From positions 6,170-70,169 of the forward strand of contig DATNQI010000069.1 of assembly GCA_036704125.1 (NCBI GenBank): DNA of 64,000 bases, in the 5' to 3' direction. Below the pieces are notes generated by a model. The model ran no database searches. It saw only the letters and a list, made by a program, of their open reading frames with translations, and had not been told where the DNA came from. Both the position numbers and the translations under genes were made by a program. Source of the stretch: Pantanalinema sp. GTDB taxonomy: Bacteria; Cyanobacteriota; Sericytochromatia; S15B-MN24; UBA4093. Each line of letters begins with the position of its first letter. Position 1 is the first letter of the stretch. Shown here in pieces: positions 37,527 through 47,525 of the stretch.

Positions 37527-38594
37527 TCAGATGCGCGCCTTGGCATCCGCCCGGGTCACGGCCACCAGGATCTCGGCCACCACCGCGTACATGTCGGGGG
37601 GGATCTCGTCGCCGACCTCGACCTGGCGGTAGAGGGCCTGGGCCACCGGCTTGTTCTCGACCAGAGGCACCATCGCCTCGCGCGCCACGTCGCGAATTCG
37701 CTTGGCCACCAGGTCCGTCCCCTTGGCGACCACCACCGGCACCTCCATCGCGTCCCGGTCGTACCTGAGGGCGACGGCGAAGTGGGTGGGGTTGGTGATG
37801 ACGACCGTCGCCGTGGGGACCTCCTGCATCATGCGGCGGCGCGCGGCCTGGCGCTGGCGCTTGCGGATCTCGCCCTTTACCTCGGGCGAGCCCTCTTGCT
37901 GCTTGGCCTCGTCCTTGACCTCCTGCTTGGTCATCTTGAGGTTGCGCCACCACTCCCAGCGCTGGTAGGCGTAGTCCAGCAGGCCCAGGACGAAGAGCGC
38001 CAGGGCCGAGCGCCATGCGATGGTCCAGGCGGTATCGGCCAATAGCGCCCCGAGCTGCGCCCTGCCCGCCTGGACCGCCGTCACGATCGGCACGTAGCGC
38101 TCCTGGATGACCGCGTAGCTCAGTGAGCCCACCACCGCGATCTTGAGCAGGCCCTTGAGGGTCTCGACCACCCCGCGCAGCGAGACGATGCGCTTCATGC
38201 CCTGGATCGGGTTGAGCTTGGCGAACGACGGCTTGAGGGGCTCGAGGGTGTAGAGAAGGCCCACCTGGGCGTAGCTCGCCAGGAGGCCGACCAGGAGGAT
38301 CCCCGCCAGGAAAGGGGCGATCGCAAGCAGGGTCTCGCGGGTCAGGGTCAGGGCCATCACCTGCAGGGCCGGGATCGTCAGGTCCCCCTGCGGGAAAGCG
38401 CTCAGGTTCTCGACCATGCGGTTGCGGGTGAGCTCGACGATGTTGCGCCACTGCCAGTAAAGCAGGATCGCCGCCACCATGAGCCCCACGGCCGCGTTGA
38501 CGTCCATGCTGCGCGGGATGTTGCCCTTCTTGCGGGCATCGCCCAGGCGTTTGCCTGAAGGGTCCTCGGTCTTCTGATCCTTGTCCGCGCTCAC
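37527..38594 (-). CDS. flhB: Flagellar export apparatus protein FlhB
   Basis: '[18 protein letters not shown]' N-terminus, 4 TM helices, autocleavage site 'NPTHFAVAL' (NPTH), C-terminal domain. Confidence 0.95.
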   Translation of the reverse strand: MSADKDQKTEDPSGKRLGDARKKGNIPRSMDVNAAVGLMVAAILLYWQWRNIVELTRNRMVENLSAFPQGDLTIPALQVMALTLTRETLLAIAPFLAGILLVGLLASYAQVGLLYTLEPLKPSFAKLNPIQGMKRIVSLRGVVETLKGLLKIAVVGSLSYAVIQERYVPIVTAVQAGRAQLGALLADTAWTIAWRSALALFVLGLLDYAYQRWEWWRNLKMTKQEVKDEAKQQEGSPEVKGEIRKRQRQAARRRMMQEVPTATVVITNPTHFAVALRYDRDAMEVPVVVAKGTDLVAKRIRDVAREAMVPLVENKPVAQALYRQVEVGDEIPPDMYAVVAEILVAVTRADAKARI

Positions 38595-39370
38595 CGGAAG
38601 AGCTCCAGGAGGCGGTGGTTGAGCCTATCGACGAGCAGGTCGAAGGTGCCGCCGATCAAGGGCAGGGTCGCGGCCAGGGTGCCCAGCCCGAGCAGGACCT
38701 TGACCCCCATGCTGATCGAGAAGACGTTCATCTGGGGGATGACCCGGTTGAGGATGGCGAGTGCCAGCTCGATGACCAGGATGATGCCGGTGATGGGCAG
38801 CATGATCGTCAAGGCCGTGTCGAAGATGCCGCTGACCTCGGCGATGACCCGATCGAGCAGAACCCCGTTCGGGGTGAAGGTCGCCAGGGGCACCGTCTCG
38901 AACGAGCGCCACACCGCGGCGAGCAACCAGTGGTGCGCATTGAGCGCGAGGAAGCAGACGGTGGCCAGCTGCAGCAGCAGCACCGCGATCTCGGAGGTCT
39001 GGCTGCGGGTGGTGGGGTCGAACATCATGCTCATGCCGAAGCCCATCTGCAGCCCCAGGAGGTGGCCCGCGAACTGCACCGCGTAGAAGAAGGTCATCGC
39101 CACGAAGCCGATCAGGAGCCCGACGGCAAGCTCTCGGCCGACCGCCAGCGCCAGGGCATTGGCACCATCCAGGGCGGGCCGGGGCCCCGAGAGCGCGATC
39201 GGCAGGATCAGGAGGGTCACCAGGACCGCGAGGCCCACCCGGAAGCGCATGGGAAGGACCTGGTTGCCGAACACCGGCGCGATGACGAACAGGGCCGAGA
39301 TCCGAACCAGGACCAGCAGGGCGACTTCGAGCCCGCCGGGGGGCAGCTGCATGAGGGCCGCCAGGTCCAC
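38591..39370 (-). CDS. fliR: Flagellar export apparatus protein FliR
   Basis: 259-aa polytopic membrane protein 'LLVLVRISALFVIAPVFG'. 4-nt overlap with flhB. Confidence 0.9.
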   Translation of the reverse strand: MDLAALMQLPPGGLEVALLVLVRISALFVIAPVFGNQVLPMRFRVGLAVLVTLLILPIALSGPRPALDGANALALAVGRELAVGLLIGFVAMTFFYAVQFAGHLLGLQMGFGMSMMFDPTTRSQTSEIAVLLLQLATVCFLALNAHHWLLAAVWRSFETVPLATFTPNGVLLDRVIAEVSGIFDTALTIMLPITGIILVIELALAILNRVIPQMNVFSISMGVKVLLGLGTLAATLPLIGGTFDLLVDRLNHRLLELFR

Positions 39371-39374
39371 GGCG

Positions 39375-39644
39375 CTACCTCGCGAAGCGCGGCAGGTCGA
39401 TCAGGAGCTGCGCCATGAAGTCGAGGATCGACTGCACCATCCACGGCCCGGCGAAGATCAGCACGGCGACGGCCGCGATGATCTTGGGGATGAAGGTCAA
39501 GGTCGCCTCGTTGATCGAGGTCACCGCCTGGAAGATGCTGACCAATAGGCCGACCGCGAGGCTCACGATGAGGATCGGGCCGCCGACGGTGATGGTCAGC
39601 CACAGGGCCCGCTGGCAGAGCTCGTAGAAGACCGTCTGGCTCAT
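39375..39644 (-). CDS. fliQ: Flagellar export apparatus protein FliQ
   Basis: 89 aa, two TM helices, 'TLTFIPKIIAAVAVLIFAGPWM'. Confidence 0.95.
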   Translation of the reverse strand: MSQTVFYELCQRALWLTITVGGPILIVSLAVGLLVSIFQAVTSINEATLTFIPKIIAAVAVLIFAGPWMVQSILDFMAQLLIDLPRFAR

Positions 39645-40378
39645 TGGAAGCTCGAGACCAGCGCGCGGCTCAGCAGGTGCCAGCCGTCCACCAGCACGAA
39701 GAGGATCAGCTTGAAGGGCAGCGAGATCATCACGGGCGGCAGCATCATCATGCCCATGCTCATCAGCAGGCTCGCCACGATCATGTCGATCACGAGGAAC
39801 GGCAGGTAGATGACGAACCCGATCTGGAAGGCGGTCTTGATCTCGGAGATGACGAAGGCCGGCACCAGCACGTAGGTCGGGATGTCCCCGGGGTTGCGGG
39901 GGCGCTGGAGCTTGGCCATGTGCACGAACAGGGCCAGGTCCTTCTGGCGCGTCTGCTTGAACATGAACTTGCGGATGGGGGCCTGCGCCCGATCCAGGGC
40001 CACGGTCTGCGAGATCTCGTTGGCCATGTAGGGCTGGAGGGCCTTGGTGTTGATCTCGCCCAGGGTCGGGGCCATGACGAAGAAGGTCAGGAACATGGCC
40101 AGCCCGATGATCACCTGGTTGGGCGGCATCATCTGGGTGCCCATGGCCTGGCGGGTGAAGGAGAGGACGATGACGATCCGGGTGAAGGACGTCATCAGGA
40201 GCAGGATCGCAGGGGCCAGGCTAAGCACCGTCAAGAGCGCCAGGAGCTGGAGGTTGGCGGCCACGTCCTGGGGGGCGCCCGAGATGGGGATTCGCGGCAC
40301 CTGCACCTGGGCGAGGGCCGGCGCCTGGGCGAGGGCCCAGCTCCCGAGCGCCAGGGAAAGGGCGTTCAGGTGCTTCAT
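39641..40378 (-). CDS. fliP: Flagellar export apparatus protein FliP (with signal peptide)
   Basis: Begins 'MKHLNALSLALGSWALA' (ATG overlaps fliO TGA). 'LLALLTVLSLAPAILLLMTSFTRIVIVLSFTRQAMGTQ' and 'GFVIYLPFLVIDMIVASLLMSMGMMMLPP'. The 422-aa track ORF is an N-terminal over-extension. Confidence 0.95.
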   Translation of the reverse strand: MKHLNALSLALGSWALAQAPALAQVQVPRIPISGAPQDVAANLQLLALLTVLSLAPAILLLMTSFTRIVIVLSFTRQAMGTQMMPPNQVIIGLAMFLTFFVMAPTLGEINTKALQPYMANEISQTVALDRAQAPIRKFMFKQTRQKDLALFVHMAKLQRPRNPGDIPTYVLVPAFVISEIKTAFQIGFVIYLPFLVIDMIVASLLMSMGMMMLPPVMISLPFKLILFVLVDGWHLLSRALVSSFQ

Positions 40379-40980
40379 GGCTGCTCCTTGGGCCGGCGGA
40401 TCACCTGGCGCAGGCTGGACTCCAGCGCGTCCGAGAAGTCCCCCGAAGCGTCGTCCTCGACGCGATCGACGAGCGCCTCGAAGCGGGCCGTGCCAGGGGC
40501 GGCCTCCCACTCCGTGAGCTTGACCAGGGTCTCGCGGCCGTTGCTCCCGACGACCAGGTAGCGCCCGCCCGCCTGCACCAGGTGCAGCGACTGCCCCCCC
40601 TTGAGGGGCATGCTCTCGAGCACCTTCATGCCGGTGCCCGAGGGGGTGAAGCCCGTGGTGCCGAGGGCGAGCTTCGAGATGACGCCGCGCTTGTACAGCC
40701 AGGCTGCACCGAAGATCATCCCGATCACCAGGCTGAACTTGAAGGCGAAGAGGACGGCATTGGCGATGGGGTTGCCCTCGTCGCGCTTGAGGCCGGGATC
40801 CTCGTAGTCCTTCCAGTCGAAGCCCTCGGCCGACTCGGTGGCCGCCACGATCGGCGGCTGCGGCACCTCGCGGCGCGCCTCGGCCACGCCACGATCGACA
40901 CCCGCCCACAGGCCGAGGACGAGCAGTAGCGCGGCGAAAAACCGCTTGAAGCCTGGTGCTTTCAGAACGCCTAGAGCCAA
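40375..40980 (-). CDS. fliO: Flagellar biosynthesis protein FliO (FliZ of Bacillus), single-TM
   Basis: Position immediately upstream of fliP, N-terminal TM 'FFAALLLVLGLWAGV', second hydrophobic helix 'AVLFAFKFSLVIGMIFGAAWLY'. Confidence 0.7.
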   Translation of the reverse strand: MALGVLKAPGFKRFFAALLLVLGLWAGVDRGVAEARREVPQPPIVAATESAEGFDWKDYEDPGLKRDEGNPIANAVLFAFKFSLVIGMIFGAAWLYKRGVISKLALGTTGFTPSGTGMKVLESMPLKGGQSLHLVQAGGRYLVVGSNGRETLVKLTEWEAAPGTARFEALVDRVEDDASGDFSDALESSLRQVIRRPKEQP

Positions 40981-40990
40981 GATTGTCCTC

Positions 40991-42097
40991 TTACGCCCGG
41001 AACGAGGTGAATCGCTCCGCGGGACTCACGATGTCGGTGACGCGGATGCCGAAGTTCTCGTCGATGACGACCACCTCGCCGCGCGCGATGAGCTTGCCGT
41101 TGACCAAAAGGTCGACCGGCTCGCCGGCGAGCTTGTCCAGCTCGACCACCGAGCCCTTGCCGAGCTCCAGCACGTCTCGGATCTGCATCCGGGTGCGCCC
41201 CAGCTCGACGGTGACCTTGAGCGGCACGTCCATGACCAGGTCCAGGCCCGAGGGCGGGGCCATGGTCTGGCTCGCGGCACCCAAGGGCGCGAACTGGGCG
41301 GCCTGCGCGTTGACGGGAACGGCCAGGGCAGCGGCAGGCGCGGCGTAGGCCGGCTGGGGAGCAGCCGCGTACGCAGGCTGCGGAGCCGGCGCGTGGACCG
41401 GCTGCGGGGCAGGCTGCGGCGCCTGGGTAGGCGGCGCAGGCTGGGGGACGGGGGCCGCCTTGGGCGCCGGGGGGGCAGCGGCCGGCACCGTCTTCTCGCT
41501 CGCCGCCTGGGCGGCGAAGGCCTCGCCCATGACGCGCGCCGACTCCTCGGGCAACAGCTGCACCAGCGTGCTGGTGACCAGCCCCTCGATCGAGAGCTGG
41601 AAGGCCACCGCCGCGAGCGAGCCTTGCTGGTAGGAGGGGGGCAGCGAGTTGTCCTCGGGGTTGTCCATCACCCCCGCCTGAGGCGGCTGGATCTCGAGCT
41701 TCTTGCCGTAGGTCGAGTTGAGGGTGTTGGCCGCCATGCCGAGCATCTGGTTGATCGCCTCGGAGATGGCGGAGAGCTGCAGGTCGTCGATGATGGCGGA
41801 GGGCGGGGTGCCCTCGCCTCCCATCATCAGGTCGGTGATGATCGACGTGTCGTTCTGAGTCAGGACGAACGCCATGGTCAGCGGATCCCCCGCCACGCTG
41901 GCGGGCACGTCCACGTACACCACCGGCTCCTTCAGGACCGTCCCGAGCTCGTTGCTCGCCACGACCGTCGCGCGCGGCGAGGCGATCGTGACCTGCTTGT
42001 TGAGGAGGATCGACAGCGTGGTCGCTCCCGAACCGAGCGCGAGCGCGCCGACCTCCTCCAGCGAGCGCAAAAGCTCGGGCGTCAAGGCATCGCTCAT
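40991..42097 (-). CDS. fliY: Flagellar motor switch protein FliY (CheC-like N-terminal domain plus FliN C-terminal domain)
   Basis: C-terminal FliN/SpoA domain '[72 protein letters not shown]'. N-terminus CheC-like with long Ala/Pro/Gln linker. 368 aa, as in Bacillus/Thermotoga FliY. Confidence 0.85.
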   Translation of the reverse strand: MSDALTPELLRSLEEVGALALGSGATTLSILLNKQVTIASPRATVVASNELGTVLKEPVVYVDVPASVAGDPLTMAFVLTQNDTSIITDLMMGGEGTPPSAIIDDLQLSAISEAINQMLGMAANTLNSTYGKKLEIQPPQAGVMDNPEDNSLPPSYQQGSLAAVAFQLSIEGLVTSTLVQLLPEESARVMGEAFAAQAASEKTVPAAAPPAPKAAPVPQPAPPTQAPQPAPQPVHAPAPQPAYAAAPQPAYAAPAAALAVPVNAQAAQFAPLGAASQTMAPPSGLDLVMDVPLKVTVELGRTRMQIRDVLELGKGSVVELDKLAGEPVDLLVNGKLIARGEVVVIDENFGIRVTDIVSPAERFTSFRA

Positions 42098-43110
42098 GCT
42101 TCTTCCCCTTCCGCGTTATCCACCACTTCGGTAATTTGAATGGCCATTTTGTTTCGGAGTGTCCCGGGTTTTCCCTTGAACTTGAGCTGCTCGCTCACGA
42201 GGACGGACAGTTCGGCCTCGACGGAGGTCGAAAGGGGCAAAACGTCGCCGATGCCCAACGATACCACGTCCGAGACCGTCACTTCGGCCTCGCCGAGCAC
42301 CACCTGGAAGGGCACGTAGGTCGCGTTGACCCGCCCCTGAAGGTTGGCGCGATACTCGGTCGACTGGCTCTGGCGCTGGGTGGCGAACATGGCCTGGGCC
42401 GAGATCTTGCTCATGACGGGCTCGAGCACGATGTAGGGGATGCACAGGGACAGGGGCCCCGTGTTCTCGCCGAACTTGGCCTCGAAGGTGATGAGCACCA
42501 CCGGGTCGGTCGGCGGCACGATCTGGACGAAGCGCGGGTTCATCTCCATGGTCTCCAGCTTGGGGCTGAAGGTCAGGATGTTCTGCCAGGCCTCGCTGAG
42601 GGTGCTCAAGAGGCGCTGGGTGATGCTGGAAATGAGGGTCCGCTCGATGTCGGTCAGATCCCGCCGGATGCGCGTCACCCGGCCCGGGCCGCCCAGGAGG
42701 CGGTCGATGATGGCCGAGGTGATGTCGATGTTGATCTCGAACAGGCTCGTCCCGACCAGGGGCTCCATGGTGAAGACGTTGAGGATGGTCGGCGAGGGCA
42801 GCGAGCGCGAGTACTCGTCGAAGGTGAGCTGCTCGACCGAGACCACCTCGATCTGGACCAGCATCCGGAGCTGACCCGAGAGCGAGGTGCTCAAGAGGCG
42901 GCTGAAGGCCTCGTGGATCATCGACAGGGTGCGGATGTGATCCTTCGAGAACTTGTTCTGGCGCTTGAAGTCATAGATCTTGACCGTACGCCGGACGTGC
43001 TCCTCTTCAGGGATCGCGGCCGCAGCCGTCGCCTTCTCCGGGGTCAGATCCCCGGAGGAGAGGGCCGACAGCAGCGCGTCGATCTCCGATTGCGAGAGAA
43101 TCTCCGACAT
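42094..43110 (-). CDS. fliM: Flagellar motor switch protein FliM
   Basis: '[14 protein letters not shown]' CheY-binding N-terminus, CheC-like middle domain, FliN-like C-terminus. Confidence 0.95.
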   Translation of the reverse strand: MSEILSQSEIDALLSALSSGDLTPEKATAAAAIPEEEHVRRTVKIYDFKRQNKFSKDHIRTLSMIHEAFSRLLSTSLSGQLRMLVQIEVVSVEQLTFDEYSRSLPSPTILNVFTMEPLVGTSLFEINIDITSAIIDRLLGGPGRVTRIRRDLTDIERTLISSITQRLLSTLSEAWQNILTFSPKLETMEMNPRFVQIVPPTDPVVLITFEAKFGENTGPLSLCIPYIVLEPVMSKISAQAMFATQRQSQSTEYRANLQGRVNATYVPFQVVLGEAEVTVSDVVSLGIGDVLPLSTSVEAELSVLVSEQLKFKGKPGTLRNKMAIQITEVVDNAEGEEA

Positions 43111-43119
43111 GCGAGGTCC

Positions 43120-43704
43120 TTACTGGATCACGAAATCCGTGAAGTAGACGCCCATGACCTTCTTGTCGGGCGCGATGCGGTTGAGGGTCACCTTGAGCTC
43201 GTCCTTGATCAGGTCCCGGCCGCCGGGCGCCTTGAGGCGCGCGATCGACTGGCGCGACAGGGTGGCGATGATCGCGTCCTTGTACAGGGGCTCGTAGGTC
43301 GCCATGGCCGCCTTGATCGCAGCCGAGGGGTCCTCCTCGGCGCCGCCGCCGTGGCCGCCGCCGCCCTTCTTCTCGCCATCGGCGTGGGCCTCGCCGGCCA
43401 TGGCGAGCGCCACGGTGGTCTTGAGGTAGTGGCGGCCCGGGTCCGAGAGGTTGACGATGAACTCGCCGACCGGGTAGATCTCGGTGACGGGCGCGGGCGC
43501 CTCCTCGTGCTGCTTGTCCTCGACGACCTTGCCCTTCTCGGTGATCACGTGCTTCTCGATGATCACCTGCTTGGGCATGGCGAAGCGGATCGCGACGAAC
43601 GAGCTGAGGCTCGAGATCAGGGCGATGCCGACCGCCGCCATGATCACCTTGCCGTTCATCGGTCCGTCCGACGGCGGTTTCTTCGCAGCAGCTTGCTTGG
43701 CCAT
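43120..43704 (-). CDS. fliL: Flagellar basal-body-associated protein FliL
   Basis: N-terminal TM 'KVIMAAVGIALISSLSSFVAI', 'YPVGEFIVNLSDPGRHYLKTTVAL'. Confidence 0.85.
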   Translation of the reverse strand: MAKQAAAKKPPSDGPMNGKVIMAAVGIALISSLSSFVAIRFAMPKQVIIEKHVITEKGKVVEDKQHEEAPAPVTEIYPVGEFIVNLSDPGRHYLKTTVALAMAGEAHADGEKKGGGGHGGGAEEDPSAAIKAAMATYEPLYKDAIIATLSRQSIARLKAPGGRDLIKDELKVTLNRIAPDKKVMGVYFTDFVIQ

Positions 43705-43721
43705 GGTTCGGGTGGTGCCTC

Positions 43722-44516
43722 CTAGTAGCGAGTCGTGTCAGGGGAGGGCGGAACAGGGGGCTGCGCGGCGCGCAGGACCACGATGTCGACGCGCCGGTTC
43801 TGGGCACGGTGGGCTTCGGTGTCGTTGGGAACCTTGGGGTAGTATTCCCCGTACCCCGCCGCTGATAACCGGCGCGGCTCGTAGGAATGGCGCTCTATCA
43901 GGAACCGCACCAGGTTGGTCGCGCGGGACGCCGACAGCTCCCAGTTCGAGGGGTAGCGCGCCGTCGAGATGGGGGTGTTGTCGGTGTGACCCTCGATCCG
44001 CATGGTGTGGTCGAAGGTCCTGAGCATGCGCGCGATCCGGTCCAGGGTCGGCACCGCCTTGGGGCGCAGGCCCGCGTCGCCGGGCATGAAGAAGCCGGCG
44101 TTCGAGATCGAGACCACCAGGCCCTCGCTCGTGACGGTCGCCTCCAGCTCGTCGGCGAGGCCCGCCTCCTCGGCCATCTGCTCCACCTCGGTCGAGAGGC
44201 GCTCGAGCTCCAGCTGCTCGGGCGGCACGATGAGCTGCTCGTGGGGCAGCACGCCCTTTCCGCCGTCCAGGAGGGTGTTCTCGCGGTGACCCGCACCCTT
44301 CAGATCGATCACGGTGCTGTTCGCGCCCATGGACTTGTTGAGCGACTCCTTGAGCTTCTCGTACTTGGCCACGTCGACCTGGGAGAGGGCGTACAGCACG
44401 ACGAAGAAGACCAGCAGCAGCGTGATCAGGTCGGCGTAGGTCAACAGCCAGCGCTCGGAAGAGCCGCCGCCGTGGCCGCCCCCGCCGTGTGCCCGGCGCG
44501 CGCGCCGACCGCTCAA
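43722..44516 (-). CDS. motB: Flagellar stator protein MotB (OmpA-like peptidoglycan-binding domain)
   Basis: 'WLLTYADLITLLLVFFVVLY' TM with plug/Asp, C-terminal OmpA-like 'IEGHTDNTPISTARYPSNWELSASRA...NRRVDIVVL'. Confidence 0.9.
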   Translation of the reverse strand: MSGRRARRAHGGGGHGGGSSERWLLTYADLITLLLVFFVVLYALSQVDVAKYEKLKESLNKSMGANSTVIDLKGAGHRENTLLDGGKGVLPHEQLIVPPEQLELERLSTEVEQMAEEAGLADELEATVTSEGLVVSISNAGFFMPGDAGLRPKAVPTLDRIARMLRTFDHTMRIEGHTDNTPISTARYPSNWELSASRATNLVRFLIERHSYEPRRLSAAGYGEYYPKVPNDTEAHRAQNRRVDIVVLRAAQPPVPPSPDTTRY

Positions 44517-44517
44517 G

Positions 44518-45306
44518 CTAGACCTCCTCGGCGGGCTTGAGGGCGCGCCGCATCTCGGGCGAGAGGAAGCTCTTGAGCTTCTCCTCGACGATCTGGGGGT
44601 TGTCGCCCGCCTGGATGGCGAGGATCCCCGCGAGCATCATCTCGCGGACCAGGACCTCCTGCTCGCTGCGACGCTTGAGCTTGGTGGCCAGCGGCAGCCA
44701 GAGGAGGTTGGCGGTCCAGACGCCGTAGAGGGTCGCCACGAAGGCCACCGCGATCGCCCCGCCCAGACCCGAGGGGTTGCTGAGATTCCCCAGCACGTGG
44801 ATCAGGCCCATGACCGTTCCGATGATGCCCATGGTGGGCGCGAAGCCGCCCATGGCCTCGAGGATGCCGAAGGAGGCCGCGTGGCGGCTGGCGATGAAGC
44901 TCAGCTCGGTCTCGAGCATGTCGCGGACGGTGTGCTGGTCGATGCCGTCGGCCACCATCTGCATCCCCTTCTGGAGGTAGTCGTCGCCCGCCTCGGCCAC
45001 GTCGGCCTCGAGGGCGAGCAGCCCCTCGCGGCGGGCCTTCTCGGCGTAGCCGACCAGCTGCGGGATCAAGGAGACCGGGTCGTAGGGGTTGGCCGTGAAG
45101 GTCAACGACAGCATCCGGGGCAGGTTGAGGACGTCCTTCAGGGGGAAGGCGATCAGGGCCGCGCCGAAGGTGCCTCCGAACACGATGATGAAGGCCGTCA
45201 GCTGCCAGAGGGCGGTGAGGCCGTGGATGCCGCCCGACTCCATCGCGCTGGCGACGAGCATGGCCCCCCACCCGAGGAGCAGTCCGAGAATGGTTGCGAT
45301 TTCCAC
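44518..45306 (-). CDS. motA: Flagellar stator protein MotA
   Basis: 4-TM MotA/TolQ/ExbB architecture, 'GGFAPTMGIIGTVMGLIHVLGNLSNPSGLGGAIAVAFVATLYG'. Confidence 0.9.
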   Translation of the reverse strand: MEIATILGLLLGWGAMLVASAMESGGIHGLTALWQLTAFIIVFGGTFGAALIAFPLKDVLNLPRMLSLTFTANPYDPVSLIPQLVGYAEKARREGLLALEADVAEAGDDYLQKGMQMVADGIDQHTVRDMLETELSFIASRHAASFGILEAMGGFAPTMGIIGTVMGLIHVLGNLSNPSGLGGAIAVAFVATLYGVWTANLLWLPLATKLKRRSEQEVLVREMMLAGILAIQAGDNPQIVEEKLKSFLSPEMRRALKPAEEV

Positions 45307-45542
45307 TAGGCCTCCGCTACGACGGCCGCGCCGGGCGCGGCCCCAAGAATCAAGCGAACATCGGGGTGGCAGCGGCGCTTGAAGGCGGCCACCCGCTCGA
45401 TCACCTCGTCGACGGACTCCTGCACCACGTAGCGCTGGTTGGAGGTCAGCGCCACGATGGTGTCGGGCGTCGCCTCGACCGACTCGATCAGGTCGCAGTT
45501 GATCACGAACGCGATCCCGTTAAGGCGGGTGAGCTTGATCAC
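45306..45542 (-). CDS. flbD: Flagellar protein FlbD
   Basis: 'MIKLTRLNGIAFVINCDLIESVEATPDTIVALTSNQRYVVQESVDEVIERV' closely matches FlbD of Firmicutes/spirochaetes. Confidence 0.85.
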   Translation of the reverse strand: MIKLTRLNGIAFVINCDLIESVEATPDTIVALTSNQRYVVQESVDEVIERVAAFKRRCHPDVRLILGAAPGAAVVAEA

Positions 45543-45826
45543 TGCCTTGCCTCTCCCTTCTCGCGGTTCATCCGCTGCACGAACACCAGGACCTCCGCCA
45601 CCACCGGATAAAGCTCGGCGGGGATCGCCTCGCCCAGCTCCAGGACCGAGAGGCTCTCGACCAGAAGCGGGTCGTGGTGGACCGCGACCCCGTGCTCGGC
45701 GGCGAGCGCCAGGATCTTCTCGGCCGTGAGCCCGCGGCCGCTCGCGACCACCGTCGGGGCCTCGTCGTGCTCGGTCTCGTAGCGCAGCGCCACGGCGCGC
45801 TTTTCGGCGTCCTCACCGGTGGTCAT
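45539..45826 (-). CDS. FlhB C-terminal-domain paralog (EscU/YscU/FlhB-CTD family, YlqH-like), 95 aa
   Basis: 'AVALRYETEHDEAPTVVASGRGLTAEKILALAAEHGVAVHHDPLLVESL...LYPVVAEVLVFV' matches the FlhB cytoplasmic domain after the NPTH site. Confidence 0.75.
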   Translation of the reverse strand: MTTGEDAEKRAVALRYETEHDEAPTVVASGRGLTAEKILALAAEHGVAVHHDPLLVESLSVLELGEAIPAELYPVVAEVLVFVQRMNREKGEARQ

Positions 45827-45834
45827 GACGGCTC

Positions 45835-47493
45835 CTAGCCATAGAAGTCCACGCCCGAGGCACCCGCGACACCCGAGGCGGGGGCCGTCCCTGGCGCCTT
45901 GCGGCGCTGGGCCTCCTTGCGCAGGCCCATGGTCCCGACCCGGACCCCGACCCCCTCGATTGCGTCTCGCAACTCCGGGAGGCGTGCTTCCAGGAAGGCC
46001 GCCGCGGCCGGATCCTGGAGGGAGACTTGGCAGTTTACCTGGCGCTGATTCAAAAGTAAATCGATCCGGATGCCGTGCAAGTGAGGCGTATCGAGGGCGA
46101 TGACCACGCGCGTGGCCCCGGAGGGGCCGCTGGCCGTGGAATCGCCCTCCCCCTGGCGCTCATGTACCCGGATCTCGCCGCTTCCCCTACTCCACCATAA
46201 AGGAATCGTGAAGGCAAGCCCTTCGTCGCCCGCCGCGCGCAGCTGGCCGAAGCGGATCTCGTCGCGCAGGGCCCGGGCATCGGCGTCCACCGGGTGACGA
46301 TCCACCACCCGTTCCAGGACCTCGGCCAGGCGCTCGCGCGGCACGGCCGCCTCTTTAGAGGCCTCTTCGGGGGCTTGCTCGGCCATGCGGGCCAGGTCCG
46401 CCTCGGGCGGCACCAGGGCGGCCACCAGGCGACGAAGGGCCGCTTCGACCTCGGTGCGTCCCCCCTCGGGCAGCGCCAGGCCCTGCAGCCTCGCGAGGGC
46501 CTCGGCCTTCGGGGCGAGCGGCGCCGGGGCGGGGGGCTCGTCGTGGCGGACCTCGATCGGAGCGCCGGCTTCGGCCAGGAAGTCCGACAAGAGGGCATCG
46601 AGCGCGGCCTCGAAGGCGGGTTGCCTGGCGGCAGGCAAGGCGCGATAAGCCCGGACGATCGCCTCGTGGAGCGACGGCTGGGCGCCGTCAGCCTCGATCG
46701 TCCCCGGGTGGGGCGCCGGGGAGAGGGACGCCGGGGGCTGGGCCGAGGGCCGGGCCGGGGACAGGGACGCCGGGGCCGAGGGCTGGGCCGGGGCGCTCGG
46801 GATCGAGACGCTCGGAGCCTTGGCGCTCGGATCGTGAGCCTCCCCTTCTGGCGCCTCGTCGGCCGGGCTCGCGAAGGCGGCGAGCAGGCGTGTCACCGCC
46901 TCCGCGAGGGCCTCTCGGCGCTCGGGCGCGATGGTGGCGAAGAGGCGCTCCAGGCCCTCGGCGAGATGGGGCACGCGCGAGGTCTGCGCCTCGCGCGAGG
47001 GCAGCCGCGACTCGTCCTCGGGTCCCCACTGGAGCGAGACCTGCTCGACCATGAGCTTGAGGCGCTCCCCCGAGGTCTGGGGGGCGTCGTGGCGACCGAG
47101 GACCATCAGCGCCGTCTCGGGGGTCACCGGCAAGCGCCTCACCACCAGAAAGGCGATCGCCGCCGCGTCGCGAGGCTCGGGCCGCTCGAGGCGCGAGAGA
47201 CCTCGCTCGACCTCCTTGAGCAGCATGGGGTCCAGGCGCCCCTGCTCGGCCACCAGGGCACGGGCGGCCAGTAGGCGGGTGGGCTCGGGCGGGAGGCCGA
47301 GCTTCTCGACCTCCTGGGCCAGATGACCGTCGCTGAGAACGTCCGCGATGAGGTCGATCGCCATTCCCTTGAGGGCCTCGATGCGCGACCGGACGTGCTC
47401 GCCCACAAGCGAAGCGCCCGGCTCCGGGGAAATCCCCCCCGAAGCCGGGAAAACTCCGCCCGGGACCACCGGGCCGACGCCATGCACCTCCAA
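45835..47493 (-). CDS. FliK-like protein (second copy, YlqG-like): Ala/Pro-rich with C-terminal Flg_hook-like domain
   Basis: C-terminus 'RVVIALDTPHLHGIRIDLLLNQRQVNCQVSLQDPAAAAFLEARLPELRDAIEGVGVRVGTMGL' parallels the FliK C-domain of the canonical copy. Paired with the FlhB-CTD paralog, as YlqG-YlqH are in Firmicutes. Confidence 0.55.
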   Translation of the reverse strand: MEVHGVGPVVPGGVFPASGGISPEPGASLVGEHVRSRIEALKGMAIDLIADVLSDGHLAQEVEKLGLPPEPTRLLAARALVAEQGRLDPMLLKEVERGLSRLERPEPRDAAAIAFLVVRRLPVTPETALMVLGRHDAPQTSGERLKLMVEQVSLQWGPEDESRLPSREAQTSRVPHLAEGLERLFATIAPERREALAEAVTRLLAAFASPADEAPEGEAHDPSAKAPSVSIPSAPAQPSAPASLSPARPSAQPPASLSPAPHPGTIEADGAQPSLHEAIVRAYRALPAARQPAFEAALDALLSDFLAEAGAPIEVRHDEPPAPAPLAPKAEALARLQGLALPEGGRTEVEAALRRLVAALVPPEADLARMAEQAPEEASKEAAVPRERLAEVLERVVDRHPVDADARALRDEIRFGQLRAAGDEGLAFTIPLWWSRGSGEIRVHERQGEGDSTASGPSGATRVVIALDTPHLHGIRIDLLLNQRQVNCQVSLQDPAAAAFLEARLPELRDAIEGVGVRVGTMGLRKEAQRRKAPGTAPASGVAGASGVDFYG

Positions 47494-47525
47494 GGGTCAG
47501 GTCCTGCGAAGCCGAGTCGCGAGCG

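Noticed and set aside
37412-37546. 5' extension of the Cache-MCP overlapping flhB
   Set aside because: Would overlap the flhB C-terminus by 20 bp in a different frame. The internal M ([10 protein letters not shown]) precedes TM1 as expected for an MCP.
39641-40909. 422-aa ORF suggesting a giant FliP
   Set aside because: Only the last ~246 codons are FliP, starting at MKHLNALSL with a signal peptide and an ATG overlapping the fliO stop. The upstream part is an out-of-context reading frame overlapping fliO.
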